Made by a program: the position numbers and the translations under genes. Shown here piece by piece: positions 27,998 to 36,982 of a stretch of 64,000 bases of DNA; position 1 is the stretch's first letter, and every line of letters begins with the position of its first letter. The notes beneath the pieces were generated by a model. That model was not told where the DNA came from and did not search any database. It worked only from the letters and a program-made list of their open reading frames with translations. Source of the DNA: Oscillospiraceae bacterium (lineage in GTDB: Bacteria > Bacillota > Clostridia > Oscillospirales > Oscillospiraceae); NCBI GenBank assembly GCA_017469115.1, contig JAFUGY010000099.1:12079-76078 (forward strand), in the 5' to 3' direction.

Positions 27998-28654
27998 ATG
28001 GACAGAAAAACAATCGTCAGCCAATGGCTTCAGATCGTTCTTGGCTTGCTGGTGTTTGCCTTTGGCGTGCATCTTACGATCTGGGCAAATATCGGCCTTG
28101 CTCCCTGGGATTGCCTTGGGATGGGAATCTCCTATCACACACCACTCAATTACGGCCTGTCCATGACGGCAATCGCCGTTTTGGTTCTCGTGATAGATCT
28201 TCTTATGAAAGAACGCATCGGGTACGGCACGATCATCGATGCGCTCCTCACCGGCAATTTCGTTCAGATGTATAACGACCTTTCTCCCATCCCGGAAAAC
28301 GGGAATCTGTGGCTGGGGATTGCTGCCATGCTTGTCGGATTTGTGTTTATGGCTCTCGGCATGTGGCTCTACATGCGCGCCGGTCAGGGGTGTGGGCCGC
28401 GGGATGCGTTGCTGATTGCTCTCGGAAAAAGAATGCCGAAGATTCCGATCGGATTTGTCGAAGTGCTGCTCTGGGCAGTTGTTCTGGTAATCGGCTGGCT
28501 CTTGGACGGACCGGTAGGAATCGGAACCCTGATCTGTACGTTCGGCGCAGGCTCCGTCATGCAGCTGGTTTATTCCGTCCTCCGCTTTGAACCGAGAGAC
28601 GTGAAGCATCGTGATCTGTTCGAAGTAACCTCCGCATTGCTGCGAAAGAGTTGA
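27998..28654 (+). CDS. YczE-like integral membrane protein
   Basis: 218 aa with about 6 TM helices. It contains 'LVFAFGVHLTIWANIGLAPWDCLGMGIS' and 'RAGQGCGPRDALLIAL', as in the YczE/DUF6198-type family. Confidence 0.55.
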   Translation: MDRKTIVSQWLQIVLGLLVFAFGVHLTIWANIGLAPWDCLGMGISYHTPLNYGLSMTAIAVLVLVIDLLMKERIGYGTIIDALLTGNFVQMYNDLSPIPENGNLWLGIAAMLVGFVFMALGMWLYMRAGQGCGPRDALLIALGKRMPKIPIGFVEVLLWAVVLVIGWLLDGPVGIGTLICTFGAGSVMQLVYSVLRFEPRDVKHRDLFEVTSALLRKS

Positions 28655-28752
28655 CCGACATCAGTTCAAATATTTTGTCATCTTGTCATCTCCTGAGAAG
28701 GGATGATGTTTCCGGCACTCTTATGTGCCGTCTGAAAAGAAAATATTAGAGT

Positions 28753-29634
28753 GTGTTTATGAAAGAACGATCTTCCCCAAATGGGGAACTGACAACGCAT
28801 CAATCCGAAGCCCTTATGGCAGCGGTGATTATCGCCAGGAGTACTTCCTTTGTAATCTCCAAAACAGCAGTGGCTGCTATGAGCCCTTTCAATATTCTTG
28901 CAGTTCGCTTCCTCACGGCCTTTGCCATTCTGATCCTCCTGTTTCATCAACAGTTGAAGAGATGCACCCAACGGATTTTCCGGAACGGAATCCTTCTCGG
29001 CATCACCTATACCTTTGTCATGGGGTTTGAAATGATGGGCATTCAGTTTGCCGAGACTTCCGTTGCCTCTCTGATTGAAAATTCTGCCTTTATGCTGGTT
29101 CCGTTCCTTGAAATTATTTTTCTGCATGCTTTCCCAAAAAGAAAGGTGATCATCGGGATGTTGCTGGCTTTCTGCGGGCTTCTGGTGCTGAATGTTTCTC
29201 CCGGCATGAGATTTCAAACGGGATGGCTTTACCTGTTTGCTGCAATGGCGTTTTATTCTGTTGCCATTTTTCTCACTTCTGTTTTTGCGAAAGAAGGGGA
29301 GCCTCTTCTTGTCGGTATCATCCAGATCGGCACAATGGGCTTTCTCTCATTGGCCTGTTCTCTCCTCTTTGAGCAGTTTCGGCTTCCGTCTTCCGGCAAA
29401 GAATGGATGATGATTCTGATGCTGGCTGTGGTCTGCAGTGTGTTTGGCTTTACGCTTCAACCGGTGGCACAGCGGGGTCTGGATGCTGACCGTGCCGGAA
29501 TGTTCTCGGTCCTGAATCCGCTCGCCGCAATTGTCTGGGGAAACCTGATTCTGAAAGAACCGATTACTCCGGCAAAAATCATAGGCGCATCATTTATCCT
29601 GCTCGGAATCATATTTCCCGTAATTCTTCAATAA
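28753..29634 (+). CDS. EamA/DMT-superfamily transporter
   Basis: 293 aa with about 10 TM helices in two EamA-like halves. Confidence 0.75.
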   Translation: MFMKERSSPNGELTTHQSEALMAAVIIARSTSFVISKTAVAAMSPFNILAVRFLTAFAILILLFHQQLKRCTQRIFRNGILLGITYTFVMGFEMMGIQFAETSVASLIENSAFMLVPFLEIIFLHAFPKRKVIIGMLLAFCGLLVLNVSPGMRFQTGWLYLFAAMAFYSVAIFLTSVFAKEGEPLLVGIIQIGTMGFLSLACSLLFEQFRLPSSGKEWMMILMLAVVCSVFGFTLQPVAQRGLDADRAGMFSVLNPLAAIVWGNLILKEPITPAKIIGASFILLGIIFPVILQ

Positions 29635-29681
29635 TGATTGTTTCAGATGACTCGGTATTTTCCGATAAGAAAGGATTTGCA

Positions 29682-30941
29682 ATGCGTTTCGAATTAGGTT
29701 TCGGCAAAGGGGTTCAGCCGGTTGAAATTGATGAGAGCTGTTTGTTGGATGTGCTTTTGCCGAACCCGGTAACAAAAGCTCTGACGGGGGAAGCGGAGGT
29801 TCGGCGTGCGCTTGCTGAGCCGATCGGAGCGCCTCTTCTCCGTGAGATAGTAAAACCGGGAGAAAAAATAGCCATTATCACAAGTGATATCACACGTCCG
29901 GTCCCGACGTGGAAGATCATGCCTGCCCTTCTGGATGAGCTTTACGCTGCCGGCTGTAAGGCAGAGGATCTGCTTCTTGTATTTGCCTTGGGAAGCCATC
30001 GGGCGCAGTCAGTAGAGGAACAGCGCCATCTGGCCGGGGAACGGGCATGGGCAGAAATCCGTTGCGTCGATTCCGATGGAAGGGACTGCGTTCATCTCGG
30101 CGTTACCAAAAATGGCACTCCGGTGGACATTTTCCGCCCCGTGGCGGAAGCGGACAAAGTGATCTGCATCGGCAATATTGAGTATCACTATTTTGCCGGT
30201 TACTCAGGCGGGGCGAAAGCCGTCATGCCCGGTGTTTCAACGAGAGAGGCCATTCAGGCCAATCACAGCCGTATGGTAAAGCCCGAGGCTTGTGCCGGAA
30301 GGCTGGAAGGGAATCCGGTCCGGGAAGATATCGAAGAAGCTGCCTCTATGCTCGGCATCGATTTTATTGTGAATGTCGTTCTGGACGAACACAAGGAGAT
30401 CATCCGCGCTTTTGCGGGGGACGTTACAAAGGCTCACCGTGCCGGCTGCGCGTTTCTGGATACGCTCTACAGCAAACCCATTGATCGGCGGGCAGACATC
30501 GTGATTGTTTCACAGGGCGGTGCCCCGAAAGATCTCAATCTTTATCAGACGCAGAAAGCACTTGACAATGCAAAACATGCTGTTCGGGACGGCGGCATTA
30601 TCATCCTTGTCGGTTCCTGCCGGGAAGGCCTCGGAGAGAAAACCTTTGAGCAATGGTTGACTTCTGCTCCAAGTCCGCACTCTCTTGTAGAACGGATTGA
30701 GCGTGAGTTTAAACTCGGTGGGCACAAAGCGGCAGCGATTGCCATGGTGCAGGAGCGAGCTGACATCTATCTTGTATCTGAAATGGATCCTGATTTTGTC
30801 AGAAGTCTTTTCATGGCGCCCTTTGCTTCTGTGGAAAAAGCCTATGCTGCGGCAAAAGAAAAACTTGGAGAATATGCAGCGGTGATCCTCATGCCCTACG
30901 GAGGATCCACCCTGCCGAAAGATACAGCAACATCAATTTAA
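29682..30941 (+). CDS. larA: LarA-family nickel-pincer-dependent 2-hydroxyacid racemase/epimerase (DUF2088)
   Basis: The start at MRFELGFG has an AAAGGA SD. Conserved LarA positions are visible: 'TSDITRP', 'ALGSHR', 'EYHYFAGYSGGAKAVMPGV' (tethering Lys) and 'QANHS'. Confidence 0.82.
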   Translation: MRFELGFGKGVQPVEIDESCLLDVLLPNPVTKALTGEAEVRRALAEPIGAPLLREIVKPGEKIAIITSDITRPVPTWKIMPALLDELYAAGCKAEDLLLVFALGSHRAQSVEEQRHLAGERAWAEIRCVDSDGRDCVHLGVTKNGTPVDIFRPVAEADKVICIGNIEYHYFAGYSGGAKAVMPGVSTREAIQANHSRMVKPEACAGRLEGNPVREDIEEAASMLGIDFIVNVVLDEHKEIIRAFAGDVTKAHRAGCAFLDTLYSKPIDRRADIVIVSQGGAPKDLNLYQTQKALDNAKHAVRDGGIIILVGSCREGLGEKTFEQWLTSAPSPHSLVERIEREFKLGGHKAAAIAMVQERADIYLVSEMDPDFVRSLFMAPFASVEKAYAAAKEKLGEYAAVILMPYGGSTLPKDTATSI

Positions 30942-30954
30942 GGAGAAAAGCACC

Positions 30955-32130
30955 ATGAATTACGCAGAAGAGTCACTGAAAAAGCACTTTGAATGGAAGG
31001 GAAAAATCGAAGTCATCTCCCGTGCTCCCGTCGACAGCAAGGAGAACCTGTCTCTCGCCTATACGCCGGGCGTTGCGCAGGCTTGCCTGGAAATCCAGAA
31101 GGATGAAAAGCTCAGTTATGATCTGACGCGCCGCTGGAATACCGTGGCGGTAGTAACAGACGGTACTGCGGTCCTCGGCCTGGGGGATATCGGCCCTGTT
31201 GCTGGTATGCCGGTGATGGAAGGAAAATGCGTCCTTTTCAAAGCCTTTGGCGATGTGGATGCAATTCCGCTTTGCATTGCGTCGAAAGATGTGAACGAGA
31301 TTGTCAATACCGTTGCCCTGCTGGAAGGCTCCTTCGGCGGTGTCAATCTGGAAGACATTTCCGCTCCCCGCTGCTTTGAAATTGAAAAAAAGCTGAAAGA
31401 ACGCTGCAGCATTCCCATTTTTCATGATGACCAGCATGGCACGGCGGTGATTACCCTTGCCGGCCTGACAAACGCATTAAAGCTCGTGAAAAAGAATCTG
31501 CCGGAGATCCGGATTGTTGTCAACGGGGCAGGCGCTGCAGCCACAGCCATTACCAAACTGCTGATTTCCGCAGGAGCCGTTGATGTAACCCTCTGCGATC
31601 GCAGCGGAGCCATCTATGACGGGCGCACGGATCATATGAATCCCGCCAAGCAGGAAATCGCAGCCCTTACAAATCCGCAGAAGCGCCGGGGGAGCCTTGC
31701 GGATGTCCTGAAAGGCGCAGACGTCTTTATCGGTGTTTCAGCGCCGGGCATGGTTTCGACTGAAATGGTAAAAACCATGAATCGCGATGCAATCATTTTT
31801 GCCTGCGCCAATCCCACGCCCGAAATCTTTCCGGAAGATGCCAAAGCAGGCGGCGCGAGGGTTGTTTCCACCGGCCGCAGCGATTATCCCAACCAGATAA
31901 ACAATGTTCTTGCATTCCCGGGGATTTTCCGCGGCGCGCTGGATGTCCGCGCAAGCGATATCAACGATGCCATGAAGATTGCTGCCGCAAAAGCCCTCGC
32001 CGGCCTGATTTCGGACGAAGAGCTTTCTGCCGATTATATCATCCCTGCAGCCTTCGATCCCCGCGTGAAGGATGCTGTGGCCGAAGCCGTCAAAGCAGCT
32101 GCCTATGCAACCGGCGTAGCAAGAATTTAA
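30955..32130 (+). CDS. NAD(P)-dependent malic enzyme (short form)
   Basis: 391 aa with 'LSLAYTPGVA', 'VAVVTDGTAVLGLGDIG', 'MEGKCVLFKAFG', 'VVNGAGAAATA' and 'NNVLAFPGIFRGALD'. Confidence 0.92.
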   Translation: MNYAEESLKKHFEWKGKIEVISRAPVDSKENLSLAYTPGVAQACLEIQKDEKLSYDLTRRWNTVAVVTDGTAVLGLGDIGPVAGMPVMEGKCVLFKAFGDVDAIPLCIASKDVNEIVNTVALLEGSFGGVNLEDISAPRCFEIEKKLKERCSIPIFHDDQHGTAVITLAGLTNALKLVKKNLPEIRIVVNGAGAAATAITKLLISAGAVDVTLCDRSGAIYDGRTDHMNPAKQEIAALTNPQKRRGSLADVLKGADVFIGVSAPGMVSTEMVKTMNRDAIIFACANPTPEIFPEDAKAGGARVVSTGRSDYPNQINNVLAFPGIFRGALDVRASDINDAMKIAAAKALAGLISDEELSADYIIPAAFDPRVKDAVAEAVKAAAYATGVARI

Positions 32131-32173
32131 AAGAGAGCGGAATCAATCCGCCGCACAATTCCATGAAATCATA

Positions 32174-32211
32174 CAGCCTGCCTGAAAAGCAAATGCTTCC
32201 CGGGCAGGCTG
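32174..32211. terminator. bidirectional terminator hairpin between convergent genes
   Basis: 9-bp stem cagcctgcc / ggcaggctg with a 20-nt loop, followed by gtatatttt. Confidence 0.5.
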
Positions 32212-32235
32212 GTATATTTTCATCAGGGAACAGAA

Positions 32236-32985
32236 TTAAAGATAGATCTCTGCCTCCACAAACAATCGGTCTTTTCTTGACCGTCCGCCGACTTGCACGA
32301 TTCTCCCTTTCCCTTTTCCTCTCACGGAGAGAACGTCTCCTTCCTTGATGGCGGCATCCGTCTTTTCACAGACGGAATAATTCAGCGTAACGGCCCCGAG
32401 CCGGATGAGCTCCGCGGCGCTTGTGCGCGACATGCCGAATAAATCTCCCGTTACGGCGTCCAGCCGCAGGCTTTTTACGGTGAAGGAGAGTTTCTTGACT
32501 TTTCTGACAGGCGGCGGCACCTGTGCAAGCGATACCTGTTCGGTCTTTACGCTGATTCTGCCCACCTTGTCAAGCTCATGAAGAATCATCTCACAAACGG
32601 TAGACAGGCAGAAAACGTAGGCAAGATCATCAAAGATAAAAATATCCCCGATTCTGTCACGCTCAATGCCGAGGCCGAGAAGTGCGCCCAGATAATCACG
32701 GTGCCCCGGGGTTCCGAAAAAGCTCCTGATTTTGACGGCTTTGATCGTCTCCTCCGCATCGAATTCTGCCTCCTCCCAATAGGGAGGGAGGAAGAAAGCC
32801 ACTTTCCGCTCACTCTCTTCCGTTCCGCCGAAGAGAAAAACCGTCACATCTTCGGTGTAAAATCGCCCCGATTCCAAGGGAAAATACTCAGCCGGAGTCA
32901 GAAAAGCCGTGTTTGTCACGCAGTTTTTCCTGGCGCATCGCTGTGCCAGATCTGCTATTCTTTTTTGCAATTCAATCTGTTCCAT
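32236..32985 (-). CDS. YlmH-like RNA-binding protein (S4 domain)
   Basis: 249 aa with 'FLTPAEY' and a central RRM-like region. The C-terminal S4 domain is 'LRLDAVTGDLFGMSRTSAAELIRLGAVTLNYSV'. Confidence 0.7.
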   Translation of the reverse strand: MEQIELQKRIADLAQRCARKNCVTNTAFLTPAEYFPLESGRFYTEDVTVFLFGGTEESERKVAFFLPPYWEEAEFDAEETIKAVKIRSFFGTPGHRDYLGALLGLGIERDRIGDIFIFDDLAYVFCLSTVCEMILHELDKVGRISVKTEQVSLAQVPPPVRKVKKLSFTVKSLRLDAVTGDLFGMSRTSAAELIRLGAVTLNYSVCEKTDAAIKEGDVLSVRGKGKGRIVQVGGRSRKDRLFVEAEIYL

Positions 32986-33141
32986 ATGGCTGTATGATAA
33001 TCGATTCCGGGAAGACCGTCAATAGAAAAAACCTTTCAAGACACACAACTTTTGTTGACATGGCATTGACGATGCGGTAAAATAAACGTATACGCCGTGT
33101 ATTACGGGTTAGCATGAACCATTTATAGGAGGGAGATAAAA

Positions 33142-34353
33142 GTGAAAGATCTGAAGCACCTAATCTTTTTTGAGAATCTACTTCAGGAAGCAAATAACGA
33201 GCTTGTCCGCAAAGGCAAGGAGGAAGGGCTCCGTGCCATCGGCTACACCTGTTATTTTATGCCTGAAGTTCTGCTCGACCTGCCCGGTTGCTTCTCCGTG
33301 CGTCTGCGTGCACCGCGCTGCACCTCGCCGGACATCGCAACCTACTATCTGTCATCCCGCGTCTGCCATTATGCCCGTTCCCTGATGGAGCGCGCCCTGG
33401 AAGGCGGCTTTAATTTCCTGGATGCGCAGATGGCCACCGAGACGTGCACCGCAACCTGCCGCTTCCAGGAGCATTTGCAGCAAAAGCATCTGGATACCGT
33501 GCAGGACATGCAGATTATTGAGAATCCCGACTTTTTTGTCAGCTTCAGTGATGTTCCGTTCAAAAACACGGAACTCAGTTATGAGCATTTCCGGAAGCAG
33601 CTTCGTGCCCATGTGCTCGATGAACTGACAGCTCATTTCGGAATTGACACTTCGGATGAAGCAATTCTCAAGGCTGTCGAGCAGCATAACGAGGTCTGCA
33701 GGCTCATCAATGAAATCGGCGATTACCGCAAGCTGGAGAATCCGACGATTACCGGCTATGAATTTGCCGTGATCCAGCTCTGCTCCCTGACCTGCCCGAA
33801 GCACCTGATTCTTCCTTATCTGCGTGAAACGGCCGAGCAGCTGAAAACCCGTGAGCCGGACGACAAAAAGCAGTTCCGCTGCAAGGTCGTTCTCTGCGGT
33901 TCCGAGAATGACGATCCCGATTTTGTCAAGCTCATCGAAAGCTGCGGTGCCCTCGTCGTGTGCGACAGGTATTGCTACGGCGCGGTGGAATCCCGTGTCC
34001 CCATCGAAATCAAAGAAGGCCAGGACCCGCTGGATGCCATTGCCCGCCACTATCTGCTTACCAGCAACTGCCCGCGCTTTATGCCGCAGGATGAAATGCG
34101 TGGCCGGAAAAAGCGCCTTGCAGAGCTCTGCAAAGAGTACCATGCCGATGGCCTGATTGTTGCTTCCAACAAGTTCTGCGAGTACTGGAGCTATGAGCGC
34201 GTCATTGACACGGTTGTCATGCGTCGTGACTACGGCATCCCGGTATGCTCCATTGAAAAAGAGTATATCAATACGGCTTCCGGCCAGCTGCGTACGCGTT
34301 TCCAGGCTTTCGTTGAAAGTGTTGAACTGAAACAGATCAAGGAGGACAAGTAA
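33142..34353 (+). CDS. 2-hydroxyacyl-CoA dehydratase / benzoyl-CoA reductase family subunit (HgdB/D-component-like)
   Basis: 403 aa with a GTG start preceded by GGAGGGAG. It contains 'AIGYTCYFMPEVLL' and 'ADGLIVASNKFCEYWSYE', typical of the HGD-D family. Confidence 0.7.
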   Translation: MKDLKHLIFFENLLQEANNELVRKGKEEGLRAIGYTCYFMPEVLLDLPGCFSVRLRAPRCTSPDIATYYLSSRVCHYARSLMERALEGGFNFLDAQMATETCTATCRFQEHLQQKHLDTVQDMQIIENPDFFVSFSDVPFKNTELSYEHFRKQLRAHVLDELTAHFGIDTSDEAILKAVEQHNEVCRLINEIGDYRKLENPTITGYEFAVIQLCSLTCPKHLILPYLRETAEQLKTREPDDKKQFRCKVVLCGSENDDPDFVKLIESCGALVVCDRYCYGAVESRVPIEIKEGQDPLDAIARHYLLTSNCPRFMPQDEMRGRKKRLAELCKEYHADGLIVASNKFCEYWSYERVIDTVVMRRDYGIPVCSIEKEYINTASGQLRTRFQAFVESVELKQIKEDK

Positions 34354-34354
34354 G

Positions 34355-35962
34355 ATGATCGACAGGAAAAAAGTCAAAAAAGCCCTTCGCGATTTCTGGT
34401 ACGGTAAACCCCACGGAGAGCGTCGGCTGGGAGAAATCCTGGAGGACAAAACCGGCCTTTATAAACACAGAGAATGGCGCGGCGTAAAAGATACAAGCTA
34501 TTACTTCTGGAATATCTGGTGCTATAACTACTTCCAGATGGTGATGGACATTATGAAGAACGGCGGTCCCATCGTCTTTGCAAAAGGCCTCTGGCGCTAT
34601 CGCTGGGTTGGGCAGACCTATCTTCCGGTTCTTCACTGGTTCGATCGCGGCCTCCAGGGCCTCCGCGGCGAAGCGATGAAGGCCTCCGCCTGGCATTACC
34701 GTGCCATGGTTGCCACAACAATTCGCCAGTTCCAGAGAATGTTTGTCTGCGATGCAAAAATCAACGGCGGCAAAATCAACGAGCAGCATGAACACACCAT
34801 CGCCATCAATGAGACGGTTTGGGGCGGCATCTTCTATCCCTGGGATGGAAAGCTCGTCTCCGTCCCGATGGAAATGATCCCTTACTTCGTCACCTGCCAT
34901 GTCAATTCCCATACGGTGCTCAATTACATCGATGCCGTCCAGTCCATCGGCCTCCCGGGCGACCCGTGCCCGATGTGCCAGGCGGAATCCGGCCTCTTTG
35001 TTCTCGATGATATGCCGGATTATGCCAAAGCCATGGTTACCTGTAATGAGGCGTGCGATGCTTCCGTCGCAACCTCCATCCTGCAGGACTGGTTTTTTGA
35101 CAAACCCCTCTTTGCCCTTCCCATGCCGATGCAGTTCGATGATCCTCTGGTCAAAGAAAACTGCATGAAGGAAATTGAGCAGTGCTGGCGCTTTATCGAG
35201 CAGCAGTACGGCATCCCCTTCAATTGGGAAAAGCTGAAAGAGAAGATTGAGCAGCAGAATGAGCTTCAGCGTTTTGAATGGGAAAAATGGGATGTTGCCG
35301 CGCACACGAACAACTATCCGATCAACGGCGTTGCGCAGGCTCTCTACCGCATTTATCAGACGCAGTACGGCGATTGGGAAATCTGGCATCAGGTGGACAA
35401 GAAGGTCCGCAAGATTATGGAAAAGTGTGTGCAGAAGAATATCAACACCTTCCCGCAGACGCGCCACAGAGTGATTGCCTGGTCCTGTGCTCCGCTGTAT
35501 TATTCCAACTGGTGCACCTGGGCTTATAACTGCTGGGGCCTGAATGTTGTCATCAATATGGACTCTCTGATGTTCGACATGACCATCCGTACCGACACCT
35601 ATGATCACGCCCTGGAAGACATGGCCACCTATCATATGTGGGCGCCGATGCGCCGCATGGCTGTCGGCGGCATGAACCACATCTTCGAGCTCTGGGAGAA
35701 TATGGAAAAGTTCAACTGCGACATGGTTGCCATGTACGACCAGCTGCAGTGCAAAGGCATGCAGGGCGTCCACGGTTTGTTCGAAGACGAGTTCCGCCGC
35801 AGAAATATCAACGCATTCTGGCTGCCCCATGCCCTGCCTGACTGCAGAACCGTTTCCCGTGCCGAAATCCGCAATGCCATCAATGACTATATGACGACTG
35901 TCATGCATGAAGAGCCGCTGGATCCCTCTCTTCTTGATTTTGACGATTCCATGACATGGTAA
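34355..35962 (+). CDS. 2-hydroxyacyl-CoA dehydratase family subunit with ~140-aa N-terminal extension
   Basis: 535 aa with AGGAGG SD, starting 2 nt after the previous stop. It contains 'LPGDPCPMCQAESG', 'VTCNEACDAS', 'VIAWSCAPLYY' and 'CDMVAMYDQLQCKG', as in HGD-D family large subunits. Confidence 0.65.
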   Translation: MIDRKKVKKALRDFWYGKPHGERRLGEILEDKTGLYKHREWRGVKDTSYYFWNIWCYNYFQMVMDIMKNGGPIVFAKGLWRYRWVGQTYLPVLHWFDRGLQGLRGEAMKASAWHYRAMVATTIRQFQRMFVCDAKINGGKINEQHEHTIAINETVWGGIFYPWDGKLVSVPMEMIPYFVTCHVNSHTVLNYIDAVQSIGLPGDPCPMCQAESGLFVLDDMPDYAKAMVTCNEACDASVATSILQDWFFDKPLFALPMPMQFDDPLVKENCMKEIEQCWRFIEQQYGIPFNWEKLKEKIEQQNELQRFEWEKWDVAAHTNNYPINGVAQALYRIYQTQYGDWEIWHQVDKKVRKIMEKCVQKNINTFPQTRHRVIAWSCAPLYYSNWCTWAYNCWGLNVVINMDSLMFDMTIRTDTYDHALEDMATYHMWAPMRRMAVGGMNHIFELWENMEKFNCDMVAMYDQLQCKGMQGVHGLFEDEFRRRNINAFWLPHALPDCRTVSRAEIRNAINDYMTTVMHEEPLDPSLLDFDDSMTW

Positions 35963-35976
35963 AGGAGGACAGAGTA

Positions 35977-36213
35977 ATGAAAAAAGGTGGATGCTCTCTG
36001 GGGAAGATGCTGTTGAAACTGTTCCTGAAGCTGTTCGGGATCTGCTTCGCGGCAATTGCCGTGCTGTTCACGATCTTCTTCTTTGACCTTGACGGAAAAC
36101 TTCTCTTCTATGTGGTTGAGCCCTTCCTGAAGAAGCATTATGACGACATGGAAAGAAAAGACGTCCTGAAAGATTTGTATGATGTAGATAAATATCCCAA
36201 ACGTGAGTTTTAA
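35977..36213 (+). CDS. small single-pass membrane protein of unknown function
   Basis: 78 aa with a strong SD (AAGGAGG, 8-nt spacer). One TM helix 'LFGICFAAIAVLFTIFFF' is followed by a charged tail, and a terminator comes directly after the stop. Confidence 0.55.
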   Translation: MKKGGCSLGKMLLKLFLKLFGICFAAIAVLFTIFFFDLDGKLLFYVVEPFLKKHYDDMERKDVLKDLYDVDKYPKREF

Positions 36214-36217
36214 GTGA

Positions 36218-36247
36218 GATCTGCCCGGCTGTTACCAGCCGGGCAGA
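36218..36247 (+). terminator. intrinsic terminator closing the dehydratase-like operon
   Basis: 13-bp perfect stem atctgcccggctg / cagccgggcagat with loop ttac, followed by ttgcacttttctttt. Confidence 0.8.
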
Positions 36248-36318
36248 TTTGCACTTTTCTTTTATCCTGTTTTACGGTATAATGACAACAGAATACCATA
36301 CCGGAGGGAAAACAGAAC

Positions 36319-36969
36319 ATGAAGCAGTATTTTGAAATTGTAGATGTGACAGCAAGAGAAGTGGTCGGATTGAAGTTTGAGCCGACTGTTGAGGTGGAGA
36401 TTACCCTGGATGACGAAACGGTTGGCAGGGCATCTGTTCCGTCCGGAATGAAGAATGCGCGGGAAGTCTCCATTGCCGTTGACAACGTGAATATGGAAAT
36501 TTCAGAAGCGCTGGTCGCAATGAATGCTCTGGATCAGCCCTCAATTGACAGGCTCCTTCTGGAGATCGACGGGACGGAGTCTACCTCCCGCTTGGGAGCA
36601 AATGCGCTGATGGCTGTTTCTCTTGCCTGTGCAAAGGCGGCAGCATCGTCATCCGGGCTCTCGCTCTATAATTATATCGGGGGCGTTAACGCAAAGATGA
36701 TTCCCAAAATCCGGGAAGAGGGGGATGCCATCTGTCTTGAAGATTTTGCTACACTCACGCAATTTCTCAATGCGGTTGCCGCGAAGAAAAAGACCGGCAA
36801 GCCCATCGTCCTTTCTGCTGGAAAGGGAGAGGCAGAAGATGAAGCAATGGCCGACCTTGCTGTTGCCGTGAATGCCGAAGGCCTCATCACCTCCTCACCG
36901 ACGGTCTATAATGAACTGATGAGGATTGAAGAAGAGTTGTTTGACGTGCCGGAGTATCCGGAAGCCTGA
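36319..36969 (+). CDS. enolase-like protein lacking most of the catalytic barrel (N-terminal domain fused to the last ~85 residues)
   Basis: 216 aa. 'IVDVTAREV', 'LGANALMAVSLACAKAAA' and 'LYNYIGG' match the enolase N-domain. 'GEAEDEAMADLAVAVNA' and 'YNELMRIEEEL' match the enolase C-terminus. The SGASTG loop and the metal-ligand/catalytic segments are absent. Confidence 0.6.
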   Translation: MKQYFEIVDVTAREVVGLKFEPTVEVEITLDDETVGRASVPSGMKNAREVSIAVDNVNMEISEALVAMNALDQPSIDRLLLEIDGTESTSRLGANALMAVSLACAKAAASSSGLSLYNYIGGVNAKMIPKIREEGDAICLEDFATLTQFLNAVAAKKKTGKPIVLSAGKGEAEDEAMADLAVAVNAEGLITSSPTVYNELMRIEEELFDVPEYPEA

Positions 36970-36982
36970 GGCGTCTTTTGCA

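Noticed and set aside
34337-36055. 572-aa ORF on the minus strand, together with 33352-34449 (365 aa).
   Set aside because: Both are entirely antisense to the two dehydratase-family genes, which have clear family motifs, SDs and tight coupling. The translations are low-complexity (Arg/Gly/His/Ala-rich) with no recognisable motifs. They are shadow ORFs of GC-biased coding DNA.
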